A DNA stretch of 64,000 nt from Yuukianura sp. NJ FZ-2021 (lineage: Eukaryota): contig CM102290.1 in the NCBI GenBank assembly GCA_046563655.1, forward strand, positions 9,238,001 through 9,302,000, in the 5' to 3' direction. The first letter of the stretch is position 1. Every line of letters starts with the position of its first letter. This document shows positions 39,189-50,800 of this stretch, in pieces. Made by a program: the position numbers and the translations under genes. The notes under the pieces are model-generated. The model did not search any database. It was not told the DNA's origin and worked only from the letters and a program-made list of their open reading frames with translations.

Positions 39189-39860
39189 GATGTACGAGAA
39201 CGAGAGAGGGAAGATGACATGGAGAAAGAAGCCATCACTAAAAATCCAAATCTACCAAGTCTACAAACAGCTGATACTGAAAAAATGGTAATTTCCAAAA
39301 ACTAATTCCAAAATTTGCAACTTTTAGAAAAGATTTTTTTTTTGAAAATTTCGAATTTGGTCTGAACAGGCTGACAAACTCATCGAAGCTCCTTGATGTA
39401 TTCAAAGACAGTGCCGACGAACAACCTCTCCTGCAAGCCTACGGTGCTGAGACACTGAATGATTTCATGACCAAAGTGCTAAGTTTAAGTGCTATCAAGG
39501 CAGTAGAGTTGGAACAAAGCATTATGCTAATTCCGGTTTCCTACGTTCATCAAATGATTCCAGCACTGGAACAAGCACGTCCACTCTCCCCTTTACGCTG
39601 AACTTGCAATCAAATGTCTCTCGGCTGTTGTCAACTTCCACTTGGATTCTCTGCGCCGAGTCGATAAAGAACTGTTGAACAAAGTAGCGGATTTGGCAGA
39701 GTCCAGAGGCCTTGAACTGAGCGACAGACTTGGAGTGAACATCGCCTCAAATTTTTGCCGGTAACAATGGCAGAAAACTTGGCGTGAAATTTTGAATCTA
39801 CCGTGAGAGATGTGAAACGTAAGAGGAAACAGAGCGAAAAACTTATCAAAAGAGCCTTTG
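39189..39860 (+). pseudogene. WDR3: Frameshifted 3' fragment of WDR3/UTP12 (Utp12 C-terminal domain)
   Basis: EREREDDMEKE..LPSLQTADTEKM|ADKLIEA/LDVF..PLLQAYGA..IKAVELEQSIMLIPVSYV../YAELAIKCL..FHL..DRLGVNIA/..KRKRKQSEKLIKRA. Needs several frame changes and crosses in-frame stops; no WD40 N-terminal exons upstream. Confidence 0.7.
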
Positions 39861-40532
39861 GTGTCCTAGGTCATCCTTCCTTGTCCGTTGCAGATTGGTC
39901 AAGCAGAGATTGACGTCACAAAAAGCGCAAACACATTGCGATTGCGATAGGAAAAGAGAAGCTGACATCAACAGTTGCCAAAAACTTGCCGACGTCTGGT
40001 GGGTTTTCATAGTTTTCGCAAATATCCACATTCCAGTCCTGGCACTTGAGCTCTGTAGGTTGTCCACAGGTAGTACTTAAGGTGTCCTAGGTCATCCTTC
40101 CTTGTCCATTGAAGATTGGTCAAGCAGAGATTGACTTCGCAAAAAGAAGTCCAACATTGCGATTGTGATAGGAAAAGAGAAGCTGAAATGAAGTTGCCAA
40201 AAACTTGCCGCCGTGTGGTTTTCGCAAATATCCACATTCCAGTCCTGGCACTTGAGCTCTGTAGTATGTCCACGGTGAGTACTGTTACGGTTAGGGCATC
40301 CCAGGTCGTCCTTCCTTGTCCATTGAAGATTGGTCAAGCAGAGATTGACTTCGCAAAAGTTGAAGTCAACCATTACGATAGGAAAGGATAAGCTAAACAA
40401 AAAAAAATTGGCAACTTACCGACGTCGGGTCTTGAAGTCTTCGGAAATATCCAGGTAACAGTGAGGGCCCTTGAACTTTACAGTTTGTCCACCGTGAGTA
40501 TGTCCATGTCATCCGTCGTCCTTGTCCATTGA
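39859..40532. repeat. Three degenerate ~220-bp tandem units plus the start of a fourth
   Basis: GGTCATCCTTCCTTGTCC(A/G)TTG(A/C)AGATTGGTCAAGCAGAGATTGAC recurs at ~39869, ~40090 and ~40304; partial copy at ~40508. Confidence 0.85.
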
Positions 40533-40921
40533 CACTGGTCGCTCACAAATTGTTCCGCACAAACGAAATTTGCACGGTGTTGCAAAAAAGAGAAACTTTT
40601 GCGGTTTTTTTGCGAGGAACGTAAAGTACGTCTACCCAGGCCGGGTTTCTAAGAATCACTGCGGGATTTCAAAATGGCGACCGACGACATCGCAACGAGA
40701 ACCTTCGAGAAGGTTCTAGAAAGACAGTGAACTTCTACTGCTTCTAAGCAGCGACTGCTATATGGAAAACAATGGAGACTGTTACTGGCTATGATCGGTT
40801 TTCGATATAGCCGAACCTTCCAGAAAGTTCGGAGGGGGGACGAGGAGGGGGAGGGGGGGGGGAAGGGGTGGCCTGCCTCTGGACAGTATAGCAATGCTCA
40901 TCCATTGTTGTCCAAGTATTA

Positions 40922-41155
40922 CAGTCGAGTTTCCCTTTTATTCCATTTGCCAAATACAAAACAAATTGCAATTGGACTACACTGGGGTTAGAAAATTACA
41001 TGAGTCTGAAGTCAAATTGTCATTGGCAATTCCCCAATTTGCCATTTGGCGTTTCATTTTGCCAGTTCACCGCCAATGTACGGGTGCGAGTTTTGTACTT
41101 CTCAATTGTATTTTGTTTTGTATTTGGCAAATGGAATAAAAGGGAAACTCGACTG
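40922..41155. mobile_element. Tc1/mariner-pogo-type MITE (234 bp)
   Basis: TIR CAGTCGAGTTTCCCTTTTATTCCATTTGCCAAATACAAAACAAA is mirrored at 41112-41155; TA duplication on both sides. Confidence 0.9.
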
Positions 41156-41544
41156 TAGTACTTTTGTATGAAGTAAACAGTTATGTATAGTTCCATTCAT
41201 TTGTTCTAAAAATAGCGGGAAAAAAAACGAAATACTACATTCATACCCAATCTACACACCGCAAAAATTTTGAAATTTGATAAAGCAGCATACCATTGGC
41301 AAAATTTCGGTTGACATTTCGACTTAACAGTACACTCTCTGAAGTGAGTCCTTTGATAAATTTGACACCAAGACATGACAAATTATCGTGTTCAGCTTGG
41401 CCTTACTTGATATCCGAACCTCTGACCTATTGCCTAATAAATTCTGACTCTGACTGTTTCAGATTCTTCTGCTCCGGCCAAGACGAATTGAATGTCCAGT
41501 TCCATTTTCTGGGGTCTGAAGATGGTAGCATAAATCTCAAGGCC

Positions 41545-41685
41545 GGAGTAAGGCAGAGGGTGCCAATGCTGTTTTGCCATGTTAAATGTGGCAAGTTAGA
41601 TAACATTTTGGCGTACTTTTTAAACCTAACCTATCTTAAATAATGTAAATAACACTACGGGCATTGGCACCCTCAACCTTACTCC
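41545..41685. mobile_element. Small MITE-like inverted-repeat element
   Basis: GGAGTAAGGCAGAGGGTGCCAATGC vs GCATTGGCACCCTCAACCTTACTCC (23/25 complementary); internal AACCTAACCTA. Confidence 0.6.
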
Positions 41686-41773
41686 TACCAATCTCAAAGG
41701 AACGAGATTTCCGCGTCAACTTTACAGTTTACAATACTTGAATCTGAGAACTTAGACACAAGGCATCGATACC

Positions 41774-43068
41774 ATGGAAAACAAAGAGATCGTAGCCATT
41801 ATCGGGAGGTAAGTATCGCTGAGTCACTGATTGATGATGCTTTTTAGCGATATTAACTTATTGCATTTTGTATTGTTTGATCTTATTATAGCGGTCTTAT
41901 TGGAAAGTCTTGGGCAATGCTCTTTGCCTCTGGAGGTCATCGGGTCAGACTTTATGACACGGATCCCGTTGTAGTTGGCATTGACAGACATCCGGAACAA
42001 ACTGGAAAAACTGGAGGAAGATGGGACTGTGAAGAACTCGAACATACTTTCATCAAAGATGCAGTCCGAGCTCATTTCAAGTAAGATTTCAAGTGAATGA
42101 ACGCCTCCAAAAAATGTGAGAAGAAAAATCGTTTTAACCGTAGAATATTTTTTTTATCATCATGTCTAAGGTTATTCTACTCTTGAGGACACCCTCCGGG
42201 ACGCCACGTATATCCAAGAATGTACTCCGGAACGCCTAGACGTCAAGCGTTCAGTCTTCGTTAACATTGATGAAGTGTTGAACAAGGTTGGGAACACACA
42301 GGCTATTATTGGCAGCTCCAGCTCGGCCATTCCTTCATCGAAGTTTGTAAATGACCTGGGAATCCAAACGCAGAGTCTGATTGTTCACCCAGTAAGCAAA
42401 GAATGTCTTATTACTATTTATTTGAGTAATTTCTAAAGTTATTGTTATTTGTAATACAGATTAATCCGCCGTATTTTATTCGGCTTGTCGAGTTGGTTCC
42501 GAATCCCAAAACAAATCCAGAGGTCACCTCTCTAAGGTTCGTCAACTTCTGACTGACCTTGGTCAAGCTCCGGTCATACTTAACAAAGAAATTGCTGGTT
42601 TTGCTCAACCTCGAGTTCAGTAAGTTCCTTCTACTGTTACAATTTAGAAATTGAGAATTCAACTATTCAACTTATTGAGAACGCATAGAGTAATTGATGT
42701 GAATTTTTTTTAGATATGCAATTCTCAACGCAACTTGGAACCTCGTCAAGGATGGAGTTTTGAGCGTTGCCGACGCTGACACTGTAACTCGTGAAGGGCT
42801 GGCTCCGCGCTATGTCTTTATGGGGCCATTAGAAACAGCGCAATTGAACGCTGATGGTTTCTTAGATTACTGTCAACGTTATGGCCAAACAATTTACGGC
42901 GTATCAATGGATTCTCAAGCCATTTCAAAATTTACAGTTGAAGCTGCTGCAGATATAGATGCTGGACTCCAAGCTCTTGTTCCAAATACGGAACTTGCGA
43001 GCCGCAGACAATGGAGAGATGCTAACTTGGCAAAGTTGGATCAATTCAAACGGAAACTGAGCTTGTAA
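41774..43068 (+). pseudogene. CRYL1: Lambda-crystallin homolog / L-gulonate 3-dehydrogenase with two apparent frameshifts
   Basis: VAIIGS|GLIGKSWAMLFASGGHRVRLYD, IQECTPERLDVKR, VHP|INPPYFIRLVELVP, KEIAGF..RVQYAIL, GLAPRYVFMGPLETAQLNA. Homologous reading needs frame changes at ~41977 and ~42531 (TGA at 42550-42552). Pseudogene versus assembly indels cannot be resolved from the sequence. Confidence 0.8.
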
Positions 43069-43794
43069 ATCTTTCATCTACTAACTTTAATCATCACAAA
43101 CTTCCGGTGTACAAAAAAACAACAGTTAAAAAGCTTATTGCAAGTGCTAGCAAAAAAGTCAGAAATTTCAAACTCAAAAAGTACACATTGAGTTGATGGG
43201 TGACACGGGTGAAGCATGAGTTGTATTTTTTCCCAACCACAGAAAACTTAGGATCTTGAGAGTAGCCCGACTATAGTAATAGTTTTAATAATAATTACAT
43301 CTGACATCACTAAACTTCCAATTCTAGTTGTATAGAAAATACAGAGGCGTTTAAAATGACTGTCCTATTGTAGTGTTGAGTTTGTAGCAACTTTCACTTT
43401 TGAAAGCCAATGGTGCTAAATTGAACCGATCAATGATTATTATATTGTACATTTGATTGATTATGTTTTGGTTGATTTTTACAATTTAACTTACCTTCTC
43501 CTAAATACAATGGTGATCTGATAAATAAAAATAACAATATGTAAATTACATTTAAATTATGTGTAACTCGTAGACAATTTAGATGCCCGTTCCTGCGGAC
43601 AGCAGAACCCGATTGCGGGTGCCGCTGTGTAAGGCTATTTGTCCAACCTAATAAAAATTGAATTTCCACGTGTCGTCACTTTTGGCAACTTGATTTGGTG
43701 TTCCTCAAGTCACTGGTCATCGTTCCGTTGTGTATCGGTTTCATTTGCTGGGTCAAGAGTGAGGTCACGATTTATCGGAGTATTTGGTTTTAAC

Positions 43795-45458
43795 ATGCAA
43801 AACGATGACGTAAGATTTGTTACTCTACTAAACCGGTATTAGTCACAAAATCAACAAATTGAATTTCAAAGAAACGATCATGATTTATTTTGTCTGTGAA
43901 GGTCGTCTGGGGGGTCATCAACAAAACGTTCTGCTCATATAAAGTGAAGTGAGTCATAGTTCGTAGGTGACATTCAACTTTCGTGGATTATATAAGTTTT
44001 GGGGTTGTTCAACATGCAATTAGTAGTATGGTTTAACATGGCTAATTTTTATTTTTGCAGCACTAAAACACACAAATTTTGTCGAAACGAAGACAATTTA
44101 ACGGGGCTTTGCAGCAGAGTCTCATGTCCAATTGCCAACAGCCAGTATGCTACAGTTAGGGAAGAGAAAGGGGTCTGCTACTTGTTTTTGAAAACTATTG
44201 AACGGTAACCCAACGATTTAGTGGCAAGCTTACTTTCAGTTTCAACGTCTCACGGTAAATTTTAAACTGGATGTTATGTTGTTTATTTACAGAGCCGCTT
44301 TTCCAGGTCAACTATGGGAAAAAATTCAATTATCAAGGAATTTTGAAAAAGCAATGGGCCAAATTAACGAGCACCTCGTCTTCTGGCCAAATTATCTGCG
44401 CCAGAAGTGTAAGCAACGTCTTGTAAAGATTACGCAGTACCTCATTCGTATGCGAAAACTAAGACTTAAGAACACGTAAGTGCTAAATTTCTTGTTAGTC
44501 ACTCCAAATTCTATGATTATCTTCCGTTGGTTGATAAATGATTGATTTTCAGGAAAAAGCTAGTACCAATTCAAAGGAAAATTGAAAGGAGAGAGAGAAG
44601 GCGAGAGGACAAAGCTTTGGTGGCCGCCAGAATAGACAATGCCATTGAACAGCAATTATTGGAACGTCTACAAACAGGAGTGGTACGATTTCCAATATTC
44701 AAAATACATTTTGGACTCCCGGGACTACTAGTAGGGAATTGACTTTGTCATCCTAATTTCATGATTTTCTTGTCGTTTGAATTGCTTTAGTATGGAGACA
44801 TCTACAACTTCCCAAAATTGGCCTTCGATAAAGCTCTCGACGATGAGGAACTGGAGAGTGAAGAAGAGGAAGACGCAGATCGGACTGTACGAACGTACAC
44901 AAATATACTTTTTATTTGAAGATTTTGAAAAATGTTACGGACGTACGTAGCTATTGGAACTTTAACGGAATATTTTGTGTTTTACTTTTCATTTCAGACG
45001 GAGAAAGAAATGGAGGCGGAAGAGGAAGAAACCCTGGAGAGAATTTTTGTGGCTGGTGATGAGTTTGAAGAAAGCGATATTTCTGACATGGAGGTTTGTT
45101 CTAAATTCATTTTATTTCCAGTTGTGAACAGACAAAACCAACGTTAGTAGAGCGTTTTTATCGTGACGTTGTGCATGTTTCTGTTATCTCTTGTATTTTT
45201 CTGAATTTCAAAGCATGCGACGGAGGGGAAGCGCAATGGGGAACTTTCGCTTCTGTTCATAATGACAGCTAATGCATCACTGACTTTTTTCTATGTTTCC
45301 AGGACATTGGTTATGATGACTTAAAAGAAGAAGAGATCGAACACGTAGGAACAAGTAAGAAGGAGCGACTGGGCGGTCGTCGCCGGGAAAAAGTGGAAGT
45401 AGAATACGAAGTTGAAATGGAGGGAGAAAGTCCAGAATTATCTAAAAACACGAGCTAA
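43795..45458 (+). CDS. MAK16: Protein MAK16 homolog (60S biogenesis); exons 43795-43809, 43902-43948, 44061-44204, 44293-44475, 44553-44682, 44791-44886, 44998-45093, 45303-45458
   Basis: [103 protein letters not shown]; acidic tail with VEVEYE. Confidence 0.96.
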
Positions 45459-47839
45459 GACCCCACTTGAGTTGTTTTTCCTAACTTTATTATTATTTTT
45501 GTTTATTAAACAACCCTTGAAATGAAGTAACCAATCACACAGTTGTTTAACAATAAGTATTTTTTCTTTATTAGATTACCCATAGCTTCTGGTCAATCTA
45601 TTCCCTGATGTTAACTCTTTAATTCCCAGTAGTATTCCATGTCATCGTTTCACCGACAGCATTGAACATGATCACTCGTTTCGTGTCATTATTCTAAACA
45701 CCCCTTAGCCCCGTTACCCCTCAATCTTGTAGTTTTACGTTGAGTGCTTAGTACACTTTGTGATTTTAGTTCTGGTCTTACAGGTTTTAGTTTTATGGAT
45801 TCAAGTGAGGAGGAGGAGGCTTTCTAAATTTCGTAGTTCACTACAAGGACAGCTCAAAAGTTCGTGAGTTGACCTTTGAACTTAAATATTTCAATCTACT
45901 TGAGATTTATAGCTCTACTTTGAATGTTAAAATGTTTAAGGCAACCGAGCTCTTGCATATTTTTTTGTTTTAAGGAAATGAAGACACTGGCAACTTTGCT
46001 GTTAGCTTCGTCTCCTCCTCACTCATGTCCACAATTTTTAAACAGTTTTACAAGTATGGTTTTCATTGGAAATGAGAAATGAGCAAAGGACTTCCATGAT
46101 GACTTCCTCAACGGTTTCAGAGGCAGGCGCAGCAACAGTTAACAAGTTGATCAAGGCCAAAGAGCTCTCCTCCTGCCAAGACTTAAATTTAACCCACTAG
46201 TTGGTCATACAATTAATAACAACTCCCATTAACAACAAGTTTTATATCACTATTTAGAGTAGACTCTTTCTTTCCAAAGGGATGAAGGAAACTTAACACT
46301 GGAGGTTAGGAGGAGGACTTGACACTTTCAAAGAGGCTGGACAAGGACGACGACGACACAGTGCGGTCCAGAATCAACTCCAACTTTATGCTACCCTAAC
46401 GTCGCCACTCATAATTTCAAAAGTTCAGGTAACCGTAGTTCCAAAATATATTCTATTTTTTTAAGTTTTTCATCCCTATTTCATTTTTCTAAACAGGTTC
46501 AAACTTTTAAGACAAAGCAACTAAATCGGGTGAGCTTGATCTACAATTGCGAAAATTGGAACCTAGCAGGAGTGACTTATTTTTACTAAAAACTCTCCGT
46601 ACAAACAATTTTAGAATTCTATAAAGTTTTTAATTGTTTCGTTTAATTGTGTTTTTAAATTAGAACAAGTTTCGTAGTTTGATCGTGGATCGCACTGCGT
46701 CTGATGAGCTCTAGGAGACCGTTCCTCGTGTGGCTACCACCATTCCGCACTCCCTACTTATGTACAAGGCATACGGTTAAGACCCTAAGCAGAGGCCAAG
46801 GTGACCTTTGACCTCTTCCTATTCCCTATGCACGAGGCTCTCCTCAACAACGTCTCAGTAGAGACCTTCTAAGGAATTCTAAGTTGACTAAGTTATCATG
46901 TAAGTAACAAGTTAGAGAGACACACAACAATGTGTTTTAAGCTAATGCCCTACGACTTTTGGGGGTAGGTGGGTAATGTTACCCCCCGTCACCAACCTAT
47001 CTCGTTTTTCTAATGTTGGAGCGGGGGGAGGGGGACGCTGCTAACGTTTGACTACAATCACTCACAATTTGAAAACCACCACAGCGTCCTGCTGAATCAC
47101 TGAAAATTGAGCTATAAGCTGAAAAATAATTTTTTTTTATTTCATATCTCTTAGTATTTTCTTTTATGTTTTTTTCAGCTGCATTTTTTTTTTGAAAAGT
47201 GCCTAAATTTGAGTTTTGGAAATGTTAACTTTGTGAGTGATTGCAGTGTGACGAATTATAAATTTCGGAGTGGATTGAGGGTGAGGTGTTTAATCGTTAA
47301 GGGAGGTGTAGGTGTTGGGGTTTTAAGAAGTCGTTGTTGGTTTGAAAACTAATACAATAATTTTCTAGATGTTGGATAATTGTAACTTTTTGACTAGAAA
47401 ACAGGAATGAGAGGCGCAGGGCCGAATCGGAATATACAAAAACATTGAAATTGGTCGTTTTTTGAAGTATGTTACTAGGTTGTGACTCTTTTAGAATTTT
47501 AGTTTTAGTCGACTTGTTGTGTCTTTAAGCTAATTAACTTTCCTTTTGGGTTATATTCGTTGTACTGGACTAGAGACATTATATGAGAAGTTTTATGGCT
47601 CGAACGAAAAGGAGTTAACAACAACAACGGGCCCCTTGACCCTCGCCCTTCTTCTAGAATGCTTCTCTTCCTCATTGGCGACGTCGCAGAAGTCTCTTCT
47701 GAGGGAAGGGGCAGGACAATAAGGGGTCATAGGTTGACCTCCGCGTGACCCCTTGACCTAGAAGAGGCTTCCGAACATGACAGGTAGTAAAGTTGAGACT
47801 AAAAATGAGGCTGGCCGAGGTCTTTGACTTCGGTCATCA

Positions 47840-50800
47840 CTACTGACAGACGCATTTGCTTTCGAGTTGGGCTTTAAACTCACTCGCATGCGTTTCCAAA
47901 GTGTTCTTGAGTTCTGGAAATTTTAAAAAGAAAAAAATCATGAAAAAGAGCAGCAATTAAAGTGGTTTAAGAATTCAATTAAGACTCGGTATGCTGGTAA
48001 CCCAGCCTTCGAGAGAGGAATGAAGAACGAGGGAGCTGGGTAGACATATGTATTGAGCTGGTAAATTTTAATTTGACTTCTCCCGCCTCCTCGTTCTCGT
48101 GCCTGACTTGTGGAAATTCAAAAAAGGCGCCAACTGACTCGTGAAATCGTCTTCATCCTCAGCCTCAGCTTCCCGGGCCAATTCTTCGGGCGTCTTCTTC
48201 TTTCGCATGAGGGGGTTCGGAGGTTCTGTCTCTTGCATCTCCGTCATCTCCTCTTTCTTCTTTATGTTGTACTGCAAATATACATCATATTTAATACGTT
48301 GTTACTGAACAAACATTATGGAAACATGTTCATGTGCATCAACATTACTGCTGCAGGGAACGTCCAACTTAGTACTGTATTAATTACGTTCACTCCTGGA
48401 AACGCGTTTAATCAAAGACTAACCAGAACTTTCTCCTTCTGCGCAACATGATTTTCCAGGACATGAACTAGGAATGTTTCTCTCACGAACGTGGAAAAAT
48501 GTCTATGTCTAATGGTCAGAGGTCATGGAAATGTAATGATCATGTCCAGGCAATAATGGATGCCAAGGATATTAAGACTCTCAAGCCTACTAGAGTGAAA
48601 GTGGCTAAATTCTTGAGCTTGGAAATGGACTTTCTCTTATGCAGTCTTCAATTCTAAGGAAAGTGGAGTCGAACATGATCATTCGTGTAACCTTGGAGTT
48701 GGAAACCCCTTATTTGCGCCAATTGATTCCCGCTTGAAAACGAACTCGTACTGGAGGATTTTAAAAATTCAAACTACACTACCGCGTTTGTTCAACAACT
48801 TTTCCCTTGAGTCAATGTTATCTACCATTTGACATGAGAAAAAAAACCAAACCGTGACCTCACTTTGTAAGGATGGGAGGTACTTTCCAGCACTGCTGTT
48901 TTTTTTTATTTTGGAAAAGATAACTAAGAAATTTCGACGTAATGCGACACTTAAATGCCTCTGCCTTCGGTTTTGTTATTTCAAATTCCTGTTGACTTTC
49001 TTTTTCATATGAGTAAAATGAGACGGACGGAGAAAGTTGAGCTACTTCAACAAGATTTCAATCATTTTTTCCGCCGGCGCATGTCATGGTTCACATTACA
49101 AGCAAACAGCAAACAAGGTCGTCCCATCTTGATTCTATTTTCATTTCCTCTATTTTTCATTTAAATGTTAAAGAAACGTGTTTTATTTAAAAAAAAGATG
49201 TCTCAAATATAATTTTGATATGCTTTAAATCTCTTTTTGTCTGTTTGGGGTCACCACTTTGCATATTCGTTTCATCGTTGTCTTAATGTCGGTTTTGAAA
49301 GAACATTAAACACGAACGTTATAAAGGTAAAAGTCACAAAAATGCTTAAGCGCTTTGAAAAAAATAATTTTTCTTCTTGGAAATTTCTTTACGCCGGCAT
49401 TCAGAATGCTATGAAACTCCGTCACAAAGGCGGACATTTCTATCACTGATTTTTATCTTAGAAAAAGTGTCTCCCTGGCATGACCTCTTGGAGAAAGCCT
49501 TAGTGTTTTTTGGTCTGAAAATTTCCCTGGTGATTTTTGCTGGGTTTTAGTGAAAGTAGTGTCACTTGTGTGTACATTTTGGTTTGAATTTCATACCTTG
49601 TCTCTGATGTCTTGTCGCATCCGTTCCCGCTCTTCCTCCATTTTCCTATGTTTTTCCTTCCTTCGTTCTTCAGCTTCCCTAATGGCTTCGAGCCGTTCTC
49701 GCTCAGCCTCTTCCTCCTTTTCCTTGTCTGTCCCACTGTCGTCGTCACCACCCATTGTTCCTACAATGGGAAACAAAAACAACAATAGAAAAACTTTGGA
49801 TCTGAAGTGACGGTGGACTTAAGTCGGGTGGTTGGAGGCGGTAGAGAGAGAGACAAATGTGAGCTAAGTGAGCTTAATGACTCAAAAGAACGAGCTCCGA
49901 ATGATCATGATGAAGCTCAGTTGAAAAGCGATTAGACATGAAGTGAAAGCAGTACTCGCCAAGACTTTATTCTATCTCGTCCAGAACCCCGTAAGTCCTC
50001 TACACACAGTCGTTGTAACGTGAAGAGGGGTTTTGGCGAGGCATTAGGAATTAGTGGTGGTGATGGTGGGTCTAATTGACTCACGTTCCTGCTTTCTCCG
50101 CTTTCCTTTAAGGAACCAAATAAGGAAAAGTCTGTGCTCCGGGCTATCCGACGGAAACATTATTCCGGCATCCTAAGGCCGCTCTCAGCTTTTTCCGTTT
50201 CAAAGTCAAAGGAAAAGGAATTAAGGACTTTTGAGAGCCCCCGTCAAAATCCAGGGGAGGAAAAAGCACACGTTCCTTGTCTAATGAGACTCGTTTCATA
50301 AATCATGCGGAATTCCGGAACTTCGTCTTCATCAGTTATCTTCCGGGACGTAGGGAGTAAAGTACCAGTGCAGAATTTTGAATTAAGATAACGTAGGCGA
50401 TAGACTAGAACCTTGAGCAGTATTAAATCTAGATGAACATGAGCAATTCTAGCCAGTTTCGGAATTTCCAGAAAAATCAGTGCCAAGAACTAAACGTTTT
50501 CATTTTTCAAGGTTTTCAGCTTTAACATTCAAATAGCCTTGGGTTTTTGAAAAAAAACTTTTACCCAAAGTGGTATCTCCTTTTCTCTTGATGTTAAAAT
50601 TTCAGGATGTATTAGTTTTTGGTTGTTTTTTAATCAAAAACCATTATAAAATGAAGTCCTACGACAAATTATCCCCGGACAAAGTACCGGGGACCGGAAA
50701 GTGAGGATCAGACATGAGTCTTTTTATGACGAAATTTCCTGAATCTGAGTTTTAAATAAGTCATGTTATACCATGTGAATTTATTAGACTTAGAATTTGA

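Noticed and set aside
46700..46730. Hammerhead core CTGATGAG followed by a short stem
   Set aside because: The required GAAA and closing stems are absent.
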